A stretch of 64,000 bases of DNA from Hydrurus foetidus (GCA_900617105.1 UYFQ01000001.1:1-64000), one strand, 5' to 3'. Numbered from the stretch's first letter, positions 30,236-40,774 are shown. Translations and numbers: made by a program. The notes: generated from the sequence alone by a model not told the origin.

Positions 30236-31270
30236 ATGCCCGCCCCCACGCTGCCGCTGTCCAGCGGAACCATTCACCCCATCTATGCTCGTCAACTTCG
30301 CATGCTGCTGCAACAAGTAGCGCAGGATGGAGATCGGGCGCTAACAGCAGCCCATTTGGATTGGTCTACCTTGCTGACAGACGATAGGTGCTTATCGCGC
30401 AAGACCGTGACACGTTTGGTGATGGCAGCCTTGGCAATCACTCAAAAACCCTGGCTTGGCCTGGAGTTGGCAGCAACTCTTCCCATCACAGCGCACGGCC
30501 CCTTGGGATATGCTGCAGTGACAGCGCGTGACCTGTCGGGTTGCTTGACGTCAATTGTCAATTACGGCGCTTTGCGCAACGATGCCTTTGGATGGTCGAT
30601 GCGTCCTACGACAAAAAGTGTGGTCTTTCAGGCAACAGAACAAAGCGACTGGGGGGGCGCACGGTGGTTTGTTATAGATTTGTTGGTCGGCTCGGTATTG
30701 AGCCTGATCAAAGCAGCAGTGGGTCATTTGCCTGAAGGCATGACGGTTGACATACCAATGACCTCACCCGGGTGGGCCCCACAGTACAGCCGGTTTATAC
30801 CCGTTGACATTCGGTTTGGTCAGCCAGTTTTGGCGTTTCATGTGAGCCTTACAGCACTCAAGCAGCCTTGCCTTGGTGCTGATACCCACGCACATGCCGC
30901 AGCTTTACGAGAGTGTGAGATAGAGCTGGCCAAAATGACGAAACAGCGATTATCCGATCGTGTTACCCACTTGTTAGCTGATACGCCATCAGGTGGCTAC
31001 CCCAAACTCACAGAGATAGCCACCTCTTGTAATCTAACGCCACGAACCTTTATGCGGCATTTGAATGCCGAGGGCACCTCTTTTCAGGTGCTGCTGGACA
31101 TGTCTCAACAGGCAAAGGCACTTTGGCTTTTGCAACATACATCGCTCAGTGTTGAGGAAATTGCATCACAGCTAGGCTACCTCGACACCTCCAATTTCAG
31201 CCGTACCGTAAGACGTTGGTTCGGCTTAACACCTCGACTGCTGCGTGATGCCGCTTCTCCATCTTTATAG
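30236..31270 (+). CDS. AraC-family regulator, divergent from alkB
   Basis: HGPLGYAA N-terminal domain; RTFMRHL..GTSF, IASQLGYLDTSNFSR..RRWFG. Confidence 0.9.
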   Translation: MPAPTLPLSSGTIHPIYARQLRMLLQQVAQDGDRALTAAHLDWSTLLTDDRCLSRKTVTRLVMAALAITQKPWLGLELAATLPITAHGPLGYAAVTARDLSGCLTSIVNYGALRNDAFGWSMRPTTKSVVFQATEQSDWGGARWFVIDLLVGSVLSLIKAAVGHLPEGMTVDIPMTSPGWAPQYSRFIPVDIRFGQPVLAFHVSLTALKQPCLGADTHAHAAALRECEIELAKMTKQRLSDRVTHLLADTPSGGYPKLTEIATSCNLTPRTFMRHLNAEGTSFQVLLDMSQQAKALWLLQHTSLSVEEIASQLGYLDTSNFSRTVRRWFGLTPRLLRDAASPSL

Positions 31271-31353
31271 CTGCTCTTACGCAACATCAATGGGACTTAC
31301 GCAAACATCCCCAGGATGTCGTGACCGCGCTCTCTGGTGCATTACGTAAGTAG

Positions 31354-32157
31354 CTACACCGCCACCGTGTAATTCAGCGCCATGCGCCCGCCGTCCACCA
31401 CCACAATTTCACCCGTGATGTAGCTGGCCGCGTCGCTGGCCAGGTAGGCCACGGTGTCGGCGATTTCACTGGGTTCGCCCAGGCGCTTCATGGGGGTGCG
31501 GCTCAAAATGCGGTTTTTGGCGTCTTCGCTGGTCAGCACGGCTTTGGCGGCGAGTTCGGTGGCGATGGTGCCGGGGGCGACGCTGTTGACGCGGATGCCT
31601 TTGTCGACCAGAGCCAGTGCCATCGCGCGGGTCAACTGGTTGACACCGCCTTTGCTGACGTTGTAGCTGGCGATGGTGGGGATGGCCAGGGTGCCGTTCA
31701 CGCTGCTCATGTTGATGATGCTGCCCCTGCCCACGCTGGCCATTTCACGCGCCACGGCTTGGCCTACCAAGAATGCACCTTTGAGGTTGACGCGCAGCAC
31801 GGCATCAAAGTCGGCTTCGGTCACGTCTAAAAACTCAGCGGCTTTGAAGATGCCGGCGTTGTTCACCAGCACGTCGATGCGGCCAAAAGTAGCGATGGTG
31901 TGGGCGACCAGTGCATCCACCTGGGTTTTGTCGCCCACGTCGCAATGGACGTAAATAGCGTTGACCACCGGTGTTTGGGCTTGCAACTCTGCCGCCAGCG
32001 CGTGGCCTTTGGCATCGTCCACATCGACGATAACGAGCTTGGCACCTTCACGGGCAAAGCGGCGGATGCACGCCTCGCCGATGCCTTGTGAGGCACCGGT
32101 CACGAGGCAAACGCGGTCAGCCAGACCGAAGTAGATTTCAGATGTTTTGGTGTTCAT
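31354..32157 (-). CDS. Short-chain dehydrogenase/reductase (sugar dehydrogenase-like)
   Basis: TGASQGIG, NNAG, YNVSK, VAPG, VDGG. Confidence 0.92.
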   Translation of the reverse strand: MNTKTSEIYFGLADRVCLVTGASQGIGEACIRRFAREGAKLVIVDVDDAKGHALAAELQAQTPVVNAIYVHCDVGDKTQVDALVAHTIATFGRIDVLVNNAGIFKAAEFLDVTEADFDAVLRVNLKGAFLVGQAVAREMASVGRGSIINMSSVNGTLAIPTIASYNVSKGGVNQLTRAMALALVDKGIRVNSVAPGTIATELAAKAVLTSEDAKNRILSRTPMKRLGEPSEIADTVAYLASDAASYITGEIVVVDGGRMALNYTVAV

Positions 32158-32199
32158 ACACATATCCTATCAGTGTAGGAAGCTATAAATTCAATAGCG
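32140..32199 (-). repeat. Dispersed ~50 bp motif copy spanning the dgoA end and SDR start
   Basis: Core GCTATAAATTCAATAGC at 32182-32198. Confidence 0.75.
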
Positions 32200-32804
32200 T
32201 TGACTTTGACCTCTGCTGCGCTCATGCCCGGCTTGTACAGCGCAGAACCTATTCCGAACCCACTGGCCCCCGCCGCCCGCCACTCGCCCATGTTGTGCAG
32301 GCCAATGCCACCTACGGGCAGCAGCAAGGTGCTGGCACTCAGCACAGCACGCAGGGCTTTGACCACTGCCGGGCTGATTTGCTCTGCGGGGAACAGTTTC
32401 AAGCCACTGGCGCCGGCTTCAAGGGCAGCAAAGGCTTCGCTGGGGGTGATGACACCGGGCAGACTGACCATGCCCAGACGCACCGTTTCGCGCACCACTT
32501 CAGGGTTGAAATTCGGTGACACGATGAGTTGGCCACCAGCGGCGTGGACATTACGTACATCGGCCACCGTCAGCACCGTACCTGCCCCTATCAAGGCGTT
32601 GGGCAAGGCGGCGGCCATCGCGGCGATGCTGTCCAGCGGCTGGGGTGAATTCAGCGGCACTTCGATCAACTGCCAGCCGGTGCTGGCCAGGGCTGTGCCG
32701 ACAGCAACGGCTTCATCAGGGTGCAGGCCACGCAGGATGGCGACCAAGGGCAGGGCGTGGACGGCTGCGGAAAAGCGGGCTTGAAGTGGCATAGGTATGG
32801 GCAT
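32154..32804 (-). CDS. dgoA: 2-dehydro-3-deoxy-6-phosphogalactonate aldolase
   Basis: PLVAILRG, IEVPLNSP, GAGTV, LKLFPA, PVGG; adjacent to dgoK. Confidence 0.9.
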   Translation of the reverse strand: MPIPMPLQARFSAAVHALPLVAILRGLHPDEAVAVGTALASTGWQLIEVPLNSPQPLDSIAAMAAALPNALIGAGTVLTVADVRNVHAAGGQLIVSPNFNPEVVRETVRLGMVSLPGVITPSEAFAALEAGASGLKLFPAEQISPAVVKALRAVLSASTLLLPVGGIGLHNMGEWRAAGASGFGIGSALYKPGMSAAEVKVNAIEFIASYTDRICV

Positions 32805-32810
32805 AGGTGT

Positions 32811-33761
32811 TCAGTTTTGCAATGTTTTCGATAGCGCCCATAGCCCGTTCCATGTGCTCTCAGCGCCCATACGGCGTACTTGGATGTGGCACAGGGCGAG
32901 CGCCCGTTCGTAGCGCTGCGTCAAGACTGGTGAGCCGATTACGACTACCTCACTGCCTGGCTCTGGGCGCTGTGCCCGCAGCTCTTCGCCAATCACCAAG
33001 CCCGACAGGTAGCTGACCAGCGCGGTGGGCGATTTGCGGCCAAACAGCGCCAAGGTGCGGGTGCTGAAGGCGGTGTTGAGCAGGCTGTGCGAGCGTAGCG
33101 CGTGGGTGACACCATCGTCAAAAGCTTCGGTGTCATCTGTTTCAGAGGTTGTGCCTTCCACCAAAGGGGGCAGGGTGCGGGCCAGCAGGGAACGCTGGCG
33201 CAGCAGCGCAAAAATTTCACCCGTCATGTAAGAGCGAAAGTGCAGGATGCGTTGCCCGCGTACCGTCACCCATTTGCTGTGCGTGCCGGGCAGCACCACG
33301 GTGGCATCCTCTTGGCCCAGCCGTTGTAAAGCCCCGAAAACTTGGATTTCTTCGCCCCGCATCACATCGGGGATACCGCTGTGTTCGCAGCACAGACCGG
33401 GGACGATGGCGATGCGGTGTGGGGGGGGATCGTCACTGATTTCGCCATGAACCCACTGGAGCTTGGCACCCAGTTCCTCAAAGCCTGCGGGGCAAGCGCA
33501 ATAGGGCGCTTCCACCCAGCCTTGCTGACTGCCGGCCATCCCTGAGATCAAGGTTAATGAGGGGCTACTGCAGTTATTGCTTATCCAATGGCCAAAGTTT
33601 GCTCTGAAAACAGTAGCAAATTGACCCGGTGGCACGTTCAAAATGCCTTGGCTGGACGCGCACTGGTCAAGCACCTCGCCGTTTGCAGCCAGCAAAGCAC
33701 CGCGCAGTGCGCTGGTGCCCCAATCGACGGCGATCAGCGTGGGGGTCTGCACTGGCGTCAT
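32811..33761 (-). CDS. dgoK: 2-dehydro-3-deoxygalactonokinase
   Basis: VDWGTS, GMAGS..GW.EAPY, DVMRGEE, LPGTHSKW, MTGE, SYLSGLVIGEE. Confidence 0.93.
   Translation of the reverse strand: MTPVQTPTLIAVDWGTSALRGALLAANGEVLDQCASSQGILNVPPGQFATVFRANFGHWISNNCSSPSLTLISGMAGSQQGWVEAPYCACPAGFEELGAKLQWVHGEISDDPPPHRIAIVPGLCCEHSGIPDVMRGEEIQVFGALQRLGQEDATVVLPGTHSKWVTVRGQRILHFRSYMTGEIFALLRQRSLLARTLPPLVEGTTSETDDTEAFDDGVTHALRSHSLLNTAFSTRTLALFGRKSPTALVSYLSGLVIGEELRAQRPEPGSEVVVIGSPVLTQRYERALALCHIQVRRMGAESTWNGLWALSKTLQN
32817..32870 (+). repeat. Dispersed ~50 bp motif copy in the dgoK C-terminus
   Basis: Core GCAATGTTTTCGATAGC at 32819-32835 with fixed-offset GC dinucleotides. Confidence 0.65.
33570..33619 (-). 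repeat. Dispersed ~50 bp motif copy inside dgoK
   Basis: Core GCTCTGAAAACAGTAGC at 33601-33617; flank GCTTATCCAATGG. Confidence 0.7.
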
Positions 33762-34690
33762 GCCAGTGCCGCCTGAACTTGTGCCGCTGTGGGCAACGGG
33801 GCTACCGCTCCAAAGCCTTGCACTGCCAGCGAGGCGGCTGTATTGGCGTACCGGGTGGCGGCAAACACGTCGTCACCCTGCGTCAGGCGGGCCAGCAGGT
33901 TGCCGCAAAAGCAGTCGCCCGCGCCGGTGGCATCGACCAGATCTACGCGGCGACCGGGTACTTCGGTGCGCTGCGTTCCATGGCTGACCAACGCGCCCTC
34001 AGCCCCTAGCTTGAGCACCACAGCGCGTGCGCCCAAGCGGTGGCCCCAGTCCACGATGGCGTGCGGTTCGGTCAGGCCCGTGAGCTGGGTGATGTCTTCC
34101 AAGCTTGGCAAAAACACATCGCACAGGGCTATGGCTTGCTCTGTGGCGGCGAGTGCGGCTTCTCGTGACCAGAGTTTCAAGCGCAGGTTGGAATCGAAAG
34201 ACACCTGGGTGTGCGCCTCGCGGGCCTCGCGCATGGCGGTGAGTGCGGCTTCGCACGCACCGGGCGAGATGGCCAACGAGATGCCCGAGACATGCAGCAT
34301 CCGGCTCTGTGCAATGCGTTCGCGCACCGGCGCACTTTGCACCCATTGCGTCGTCATGCGGCTGGCCGCAGACCCGGCACGCAGGTAACTGAACTGGTGG
34401 CCCTGCTCGCCGTGGGTGACGAAGTAAACGGCGGTGTGGGCCTGTGCATCACGCTCGACAGCAGCGGTGTCCACGCCTTCGCTGTGCCACAGCGCTTGCA
34501 GTGCATCGCCAAACAAATCCGCCCCCAAGCGGGTGAGGTAGGTGGTGGTGGCACCGGCTCTGGCGGCGGCGATCACGGCATTGCTGGTGTCGCCGCCAAA
34601 GCCTTGCAGGTACTGCGGCTGGCCGGGGTGGGTTTGGTTGAACTCGATCATCGCCTCACCGAGGGCGGCTATGTCAAAGGGTTTGTGCAT
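33758..34690 (-). CDS. kdgK: PfkB-family sugar kinase, KDG kinase-like
   Basis: GEAMIEF, GGDTSN, FDSNLRLKLW, DATGAGDCF. Confidence 0.85.
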   Translation of the reverse strand: MHKPFDIAALGEAMIEFNQTHPGQPQYLQGFGGDTSNAVIAAARAGATTTYLTRLGADLFGDALQALWHSEGVDTAAVERDAQAHTAVYFVTHGEQGHQFSYLRAGSAASRMTTQWVQSAPVRERIAQSRMLHVSGISLAISPGACEAALTAMREAREAHTQVSFDSNLRLKLWSREAALAATEQAIALCDVFLPSLEDITQLTGLTEPHAIVDWGHRLGARAVVLKLGAEGALVSHGTQRTEVPGRRVDLVDATGAGDCFCGNLLARLTQGDDVFAATRYANTAASLAVQGFGAVAPLPTAAQVQAALA

Positions 34691-34727
34691 GGTGTGCAGC
34701 TTAACGCAGCTGACGGTTTTAGATGGT

Positions 34728-35117
34728 TTAGCGTGGTTTGAAAGCTGTCACATCCATCTCCACTTTCGCGTCAATCATCAGGCGCGATTCCACTGTGGAG
34801 CGGGCAGGGCGATGGTCGCCAAAGCATTCCATGTAGACCCGGTTAAAGCTGCCGAAATCGCGTGCATCTTCTAACCAGACGCTGACCTTGGCGACATCGG
34901 CCAAGGTGCAGTCGGCCAACGCCAAGGCTTCGGTCAGCCGCTGGAACACCCGGCGCGTCTGCGCTTCGATGCCACCCACGATGACTTGGCCTTGCTCGTC
35001 GGTGGGCACTTGGCCCGAGACAAACACAAAATCGCCACAACGCGTGGCGGGGGACAGAGGGCGTGCTTGGCGATCAGAGGCGATCAGGGGTTGACCCAAC
35101 ATTTCTACGTGTGACAT
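34728..35117 (-). CDS. RidA/YjgF-family enamine deaminase
   Basis: PLSPA..FVFVSGQVP..FNRVY..PARS..KVEMD. Confidence 0.92.
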   Translation of the reverse strand: MSHVEMLGQPLIASDRQARPLSPATRCGDFVFVSGQVPTDEQGQVIVGGIEAQTRRVFQRLTEALALADCTLADVAKVSVWLEDARDFGSFNRVYMECFGDHRPARSTVESRLMIDAKVEMDVTAFKPR

Positions 35118-35141
35118 GGTTGCTCCAAAAATGAATTGAAT

Positions 35142-35228
35142 TGTAATGAATTTACAAAAAAATAGGAAAAATCCCGTTTGACTTTTAAAAAATCATGAAT
35201 TAGCATCGATATGTGTAATGTTATTACT
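35142..35228. promoter_or_regulatory. Divergent promoter region: sigma70-like promoter and two RpiR/HexR-like boxes
   Basis: TTGACT(35178)-N17-TAGCAT(35201); boxes TGTAATGAATTTACA (35142-35156) and TGTAATGTTATTACT (35214-35228). Confidence 0.7.
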
Positions 35229-35240
35229 TTTGGAGTCACC

Positions 35241-36848
35241 ATGCAACCCACTGCCTTTGCGTCATCCGTTTATGCCCCTGTGGCCCCCTTGTCCTCCGCA
35301 CGCCGTCGTTGGCTCAGAGCGCTGGCCGTCACCGGTTCGTTGGTTGGCCTAGGGGGGTTGCCGATGGGCGAAGCCCTGGCAGCACCCGCCAAAGGCGGTG
35401 CAGCCAACCTGGCCATGGTGGGCGAACCACAGGGCCTGGACCCGATGACCAGCACCGCCGATTTGGTGGGCACCATCATGCAGCACGTGTACGAGCCGCT
35501 GTTTACCTTTGATGCCAACTGGGCCATTGCCCCGATGCTGGCTGAGAGCCTGCCCAGCGTGTCTAAAGACGGGCTGACCTACACCATCGCGCTGCGCAAG
35601 GGTGTCAAGCTCCATAACGGGCGCGACCTGACCTCCGACGATGTGATCGCCTCGCTAGAGCGCTGGATGGCCGTATCGCCACGCGGTAAGGCCGTGGGTA
35701 AAGAAGTTGCCTCGTTGCTGACCAAAGGCCCCAACAGCATTGAACTGAAGCTGAAAACCCCTTACGCACCGCTGCTGGCCCAGCTGGCCCTGCCCAGCGG
35801 CATGGCCGCCATCATGGCCAAGGAAAGCATTGCGCCGCAGATCAAAGACTTCATCGGCACCGGCCCCTACCAGTTCAAGGAACGCCGCCCCGACCAGTTC
35901 ACCGTGCTGACGCGTTTTGATGCCTACGCCTCCCGCAAGGAAGCCCCTAGCGGCTACGCAGGCCGCCGCGAGGCCTTGCTGGACGAGTTGCGATTTGTAC
36001 CCGTGCCGAACGCCAATACCCGGGTAGAGGGCGCGTTGTCCGGCCAGTTCCAGTACGCCGATTTGCTGCCGGTTGAAGCCATCAGCCGGGTTGAAAAAGC
36101 CGGTGCGAGCGTGGTGCCCATCGTCACTAAAAACTTCGGCTTCCCCTACATCGTCTTCAACACCAAAGAAGGCGTGCTGGCCGCGCAGCCGCTGCGCCGC
36201 GCCGTGCAAACCGCCGTGGGCGAAGGCGAAATGCTGGCAGCAGGCTTTGGCGACAACCGCTTCTTTGTGGTCGAGCCCAACTTCTTCCCAAAGGGCACAC
36301 CTTACTTCTCCATGGCAGGCGAAAAGCTTTACAACGAGCGCAATCCCCAGGCCGCCAAAGACCAAGCCGCCAAGGCGGGCTACAACGGCCAGCCTATCCG
36401 CATCATGGCCAGCCGCCAGTACGAGTTCCACTACAACATGGCGCTGGTGATGGCCGAGCAGCTGAAAAAAGCCGGTTTCAAAACCGATTTGCAGGTGGTG
36501 GACTGGGCCACGCTGGTGCAGCGCCGCAGCGACAGCAAGCTGTGGGACGTGTACTTCACCCACTCTGGCTTGTTCCCCGAACCCATGTTGTCGCCACCCC
36601 AGCTGGGTGACGGCGCACCGGGCTGGTGGGACAGCGCGGCCAAGAAGGCCGCACTCTCGGCCTTCAACCAAGAAAACAACATTGCCAAGCGAGGCCCACT
36701 GTGGGGCGCAGTGCAGCAAACCGTGTACGACGAAGTGCCGTTCATCGAGGTCGGCAAGTTCAACGCCCTGTCGGTCCGGTCTGCCAAATTGGAGGGCTAC
36801 ACGCCTGCGGTTTGGCCGTTCTTTTGGAACACCGGACTAGCGAAGTAA
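35241..36848 (+). CDS. Dpp/Opp-family (family 5) ABC substrate-binding protein, Tat signal
   Basis: SARRRWL signal; LDP, YEPL, PMLAE, LRKGVKLHNG, IGTGPY. Confidence 0.92.
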   Translation: MQPTAFASSVYAPVAPLSSARRRWLRALAVTGSLVGLGGLPMGEALAAPAKGGAANLAMVGEPQGLDPMTSTADLVGTIMQHVYEPLFTFDANWAIAPMLAESLPSVSKDGLTYTIALRKGVKLHNGRDLTSDDVIASLERWMAVSPRGKAVGKEVASLLTKGPNSIELKLKTPYAPLLAQLALPSGMAAIMAKESIAPQIKDFIGTGPYQFKERRPDQFTVLTRFDAYASRKEAPSGYAGRREALLDELRFVPVPNANTRVEGALSGQFQYADLLPVEAISRVEKAGASVVPIVTKNFGFPYIVFNTKEGVLAAQPLRRAVQTAVGEGEMLAAGFGDNRFFVVEPNFFPKGTPYFSMAGEKLYNERNPQAAKDQAAKAGYNGQPIRIMASRQYEFHYNMALVMAEQLKKAGFKTDLQVVDWATLVQRRSDSKLWDVYFTHSGLFPEPMLSPPQLGDGAPGWWDSAAKKAALSAFNQENNIAKRGPLWGAVQQTVYDEVPFIEVGKFNALSVRSAKLEGYTPAVWPFFWNTGLAK

Positions 36849-36857
36849 CTTGGTTTT

Positions 36858-36884
36858 ACGCCTTCCCCCGGTGGGGGAAGGCGT
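36858..36884 (+). terminator. Intercistronic hairpin after the SBP gene
   Basis: ACGCCTTCCCCC-GGT-GGGGGAAGGCGT; no adjacent U tract, so possibly an mRNA-stabilising stem. Confidence 0.6.
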
Positions 36885-36931
36885 GGAGCCAGTAGCCATA
36901 CCACGTCCGTTTACCCTCTTTTTTAATACCC

Positions 36932-37879
36932 ATGCGCTTTCTACTCAACCGACTTGCCGGTGCCGCCGTGGTGCTGGCCATCGTCGCCGTGCTGGTGTTC
37001 TTGCTGACCCGGCTGGCCTCGGGCGACCCGGTGGCACTGCTGCTGGGCGACCAGGCTACGGTGGAAGACATCGCCCAGGCACGCATCCAATACGGGCTGG
37101 ACAAACCCCTGCCCACGCAGTTTGTGCTGTGGGTGAGTGAGCTGCTGCATGGCAACTTGGGGCAGTCGCTGTTTTTGCAGCGGCCGGTAGCGCAGGCACT
37201 GCTTGAGCGGGCCGAGCCTACGCTGTTTTTGGCCCTGTTTGCCGTGGCCATTGCGGCGCTGATCGGTGTGCCCTGCGGCATGGCGGCGGCCATTTGGCGT
37301 GGCAGTGCGGCCGACCAGGGTTTGAGTGGCATCGCCATGCTGGGGGCCAGCGTGCCCAGTTTTTGGATGGGGCTGATCCTGATCCAGTTCTTTGCTGTGC
37401 ACCTGGGTTGGTTTCCGGCCTCGGGCTATGGCGACCCCGGCACACCGCTGGGCCAGCGGCTTTACCACCTGGTACTGCCCGCGATGGTGCTGGGGCTGTT
37501 GAATTCGGCACTCATCATTCGCTTCACCCGCGCCTCGATGCTGGATATTCTGGGCGAAGATTTCGTGCGCACCGCCCGCGCCAAGGGCCTGCCCGAGCGG
37601 GTCATCATGGTCAAACACGTGTTGCGTAACGCACTGGTGCCCATCATCACCGTGCTCGGCTTGACCGTGGCCCTGATGATTGGTGGCACTGTTGTCACCG
37701 AGACCGTCTTCAACCTGCCCGGCGTGGGCAATCTGGTGGTGCGTGCGGTGCTGCGGCGCGACTACCCCGTCATTCAGGGCACGCTGCTCGTCATCGCTGG
37801 GATTTATGTCTTCATCAACCTGGTGATTGACTTGCTCTACACCTTGGTTGACCCCCGTATCCGTTTGGGAGGTGCGTAA
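36932..37879 (+). CDS. ABC permease (DppB-like)
   Basis: GDPV, GLDKPL, GNLGQS, DFVRTARAKG, KHVLRNAL, RDYPVIQG. Confidence 0.94.
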   Translation: MRFLLNRLAGAAVVLAIVAVLVFLLTRLASGDPVALLLGDQATVEDIAQARIQYGLDKPLPTQFVLWVSELLHGNLGQSLFLQRPVAQALLERAEPTLFLALFAVAIAALIGVPCGMAAAIWRGSAADQGLSGIAMLGASVPSFWMGLILIQFFAVHLGWFPASGYGDPGTPLGQRLYHLVLPAMVLGLLNSALIIRFTRASMLDILGEDFVRTARAKGLPERVIMVKHVLRNALVPIITVLGLTVALMIGGTVVTETVFNLPGVGNLVVRAVLRRDYPVIQGTLLVIAGIYVFINLVIDLLYTLVDPRIRLGGA

Positions 37880-37935
37880 TGCTATTCTTTTCAGAGCTAC
37901 TTGCGCAGATGAAACCTACGCTACGCCGTCTTTTC
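37879..37935 (+). repeat. Dispersed ~50 bp motif copy at the DppC-like gene start
   Basis: Core GCTATTCTTTTCAGAGC at 37881-37897 followed by TACTTGCGCAG. Confidence 0.72.
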
Positions 37936-38742
37936 TCTCGAAAAGTGGTGCTGGTCGCAGCTATCGCCCTGGGTGCCATCGTGCTGGTGGCCAGCATCTT
38001 CCCTTGGGTGTCGGATGCCGACCCCAACGCGATTGCCGTCACCGAGCGGCTGCTGGCTCCGAATGGCGCGCACTGGGCGGGCACCGATGAGCTGGGCCGC
38101 GACGTGATGCTGCGCATCGTCCACGGCGCACGCTACTCGCTGCTGATTGGTTTTGTCACCGCCTTTTGTGCCGTGGTGCTGGGCACGCTGCTGGGCATCA
38201 TGGCGGGCTTCTTCCCGAGGCTGGACGCGCCGCTGATGCGCCTGGTGGACGCGATGATGTCCTTCCCCGACATCCTGCTGGGCATCGCCCTGGTGTCCAT
38301 TTTGGGTGGCTCGCTGTGGAACGTGGTGCTGGCGTTGTCCATCGTCTACACCCCGCGCGTGGCCCGGGTGGTGCGCGCCGCTACGCTGGTACTGCGCGAG
38401 CTGCTGTTTGTGGATGCCGCCCGCGCTCTGGGCGTGCGCACGCCGCGCATTCTGTGGTCGCACATCTTGCCCAACCTGATGTCGCCCATCCTGGTGCAGG
38501 TCACCTTCATCTTTGCCTACGCGATTTTGGCGGAGGCGGGTTTGTCCTTTCTGGGTGTGGGTGTGCCGCCCGACATCCCCACTTGGGGCACCATGATTGC
38601 GGGCAGTTTGGAACATGCTGACCGCGCGTTCTGGACGATTTTGTGCCCTGGTGTCGCGATTGTGCTGACCGCTTTGTCTCTGCAAATGGTGGGCGATGGC
38701 GTGCGTGATTTGCTCGACCCCAAACTGAAGAAGGCCGTATGA
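37879..38742 (+). CDS. ABC permease (DppC-like)
   Basis: [43 protein letters not shown]. Confidence 0.94.
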   Translation: MLFFSELLAQMKPTLRRLFSRKVVLVAAIALGAIVLVASIFPWVSDADPNAIAVTERLLAPNGAHWAGTDELGRDVMLRIVHGARYSLLIGFVTAFCAVVLGTLLGIMAGFFPRLDAPLMRLVDAMMSFPDILLGIALVSILGGSLWNVVLALSIVYTPRVARVVRAATLVLRELLFVDAARALGVRTPRILWSHILPNLMSPILVQVTFIFAYAILAEAGLSFLGVGVPPDIPTWGTMIAGSLEHADRAFWTILCPGVAIVLTALSLQMVGDGVRDLLDPKLKKAV

Positions 38743-39779
38743 CCACAACGAATCATCCACGGCTCGAAGTCAAAGGTTTATCCACCTCGTTCGCCACCGA
38801 TGCCGGGCGCATCCAAAGCGTGGCCGACGTGTCATTCACCATCGCCCCCGGCGAAACCCTGGCGCTGGTAGGCGAATCCGGCTCAGGCAAGTCGGTCACC
38901 AGTCTGTCGCTGATGGGCTTGCACGCCAAAACCTCGCAAGCCCGCATGGAGGGTGAAGCCTGGTTTGTGCGCCGTGACGGCCAGCGTGTCAATCTGCTGG
39001 CGCTGGACGAGGCGGGCAAACGCGCCCTGCGTGGCAACGAGATGGCGATGGTGTTCCAGGAGCCCATGACCAGCCTGAACCCTGTGCTCACCGTGGGCGA
39101 ACAGATCGCCGAATCAGTCCGTCTGCACCTGCGGTTGGATCACCGCGCCGCACAGGCCCACGCCCTGCGCATGTTGGAGCTGGTGGAAATCCCCGCCGCC
39201 GCCCGCCGCTTGCATGAGTACCCGCACCAGCTCTCGGGCGGTATGCGCCAGCGGGTAATGATCGCCCTGGCGATGGCCTGCAGCCCCACGCTGCTGATCG
39301 CCGACGAACCCACCACCGCGCTCGACGTGACCATCCAGGCGCAAATTCTGGCGCTGATGGGGCGGCTGCAAAAAGAAACCGGCATGAGCATTTTGTTCAT
39401 CACCCACAACCTGGGCGTGGTGGCGCAATACGCCGACAGCGTGGCCGTGATGTACGCGGGCCGTATCGTCGAAGCCGCCAGCGTCCACGCTCTGTTTGCC
39501 CAACCCGAGCACCCCTACACACGCGGCCTGCTGGCCTGCCTGCCCGGTGTGGCACGGCAGCGGGCGGGCGGTATGGTGGCGGGGCAGCGCCCCAAGCTGG
39601 TCGCTATTGCGGGCCAGGTCTCCAGCCCCTTATCGCCCCCGCCCGGCTGCGCATTTGCACCCCGCTGCACCCAGCGTATGGCTGAATGCGATAGCCGCAT
39701 GCCCGCCTTGCTAGACCACGGTGAACGTCGCCGCGTGCGCTGCATTGCCATCACCGAACCCCGCCAGGAGGCCGCATGA
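38739..39779 (+). CDS. ABC ATP-binding protein (DppD-like)
   Basis: [37 protein letters not shown]. Confidence 0.95.
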   Translation: MTTTNHPRLEVKGLSTSFATDAGRIQSVADVSFTIAPGETLALVGESGSGKSVTSLSLMGLHAKTSQARMEGEAWFVRRDGQRVNLLALDEAGKRALRGNEMAMVFQEPMTSLNPVLTVGEQIAESVRLHLRLDHRAAQAHALRMLELVEIPAAARRLHEYPHQLSGGMRQRVMIALAMACSPTLLIADEPTTALDVTIQAQILALMGRLQKETGMSILFITHNLGVVAQYADSVAVMYAGRIVEAASVHALFAQPEHPYTRGLLACLPGVARQRAGGMVAGQRPKLVAIAGQVSSPLSPPPGCAFAPRCTQRMAECDSRMPALLDHGERRRVRCIAITEPRQEAA

Positions 39780-40774
39780 CACCCGCCGACAACCTCGTCG
39801 AAATCAAAAACCTGGGCAAGTATTTCGGCAGTGGCAGCCACCCTGTTAAGGCCGTAGATGGCGTGAGCTTTGCTATCCGCCGGGGTGAAACCCTGGGTCT
39901 GGTGGGCGAATCCGGCTCGGGCAAAAGCACCATTGGCCGCCTGCTGACCCGCCTGGTCGAGCCCACAGCGGGCCAGATGCTTTACAGCGGCCATGCCAAA
40001 AATGGCAACGCACCGGTTGACCTTGCCAGCCTGTCGCAAGCCCAGTACCGCCCCTTGCGCTCGCAGATCCAGATCATCTTCCAAGACCCCTACGCCAGCC
40101 TGAACCCGCGCATGCGCATCCGCCAAGTGCTGGCCGAGGCACTGGACACGCACGGCATGGCCCAAGGTGCGGCCCGCCTGCCGCGCATCCACGCCCTGCT
40201 GGAACAAGTAGGGCTGCGGCCCGAGCACGCCGACCGCTTTCCGCACGAGTTCTCCGGTGGTCAGCGCCAGCGCATCGGCATTGCCCGTGCCCTGGCGGTG
40301 GAGCCGAATTTCATCGTGGCCGACGAACCACTGTCGGCGCTGGATGTGTCCATCCAGGCCCAGGTGGTCAACCTGCTGGGCGAACTGAAAGAGCAACTTG
40401 GGTTGACCCTGCTGTTCATCTCGCACGACCTGGACGTGGTGGAGTATTTGTGCGACCGTGTGGTCGTGCTCTACTTAGGCCGGGTGATGGAAATCGCCCC
40501 CACCCACGCGCTGTACGCCAATGCCCAGCACCCCTACACCCAGGCGCTGCTGGCCGCAGCCCCCGTGCCCGACCCAGCCCAACGCCGTACCATTGCGCTG
40601 CTCACCGGCGACCTGCCCAGCCCGGCCAACCCGCCCTCGGGTTGTGTGTTCCGTACCCGCTGCCCGCAGGCGATAGACGCCTGTGCCAGCAACGACACGC
40701 CGCTGCGCGAGGTGCAACCCGACCACTGGACGGCTTGCTGGCGCACTGACCTAACTCCTGCATTGACTTTATGA
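39776..40774 (+). CDS. ABC ATP-binding protein (DppF-like)
   Basis: [38 protein letters not shown]. Confidence 0.95.
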   Translation: MTPADNLVEIKNLGKYFGSGSHPVKAVDGVSFAIRRGETLGLVGESGSGKSTIGRLLTRLVEPTAGQMLYSGHAKNGNAPVDLASLSQAQYRPLRSQIQIIFQDPYASLNPRMRIRQVLAEALDTHGMAQGAARLPRIHALLEQVGLRPEHADRFPHEFSGGQRQRIGIARALAVEPNFIVADEPLSALDVSIQAQVVNLLGELKEQLGLTLLFISHDLDVVEYLCDRVVVLYLGRVMEIAPTHALYANAQHPYTQALLAAAPVPDPAQRRTIALLTGDLPSPANPPSGCVFRTRCPQAIDACASNDTPLREVQPDHWTACWRTDLTPALTL

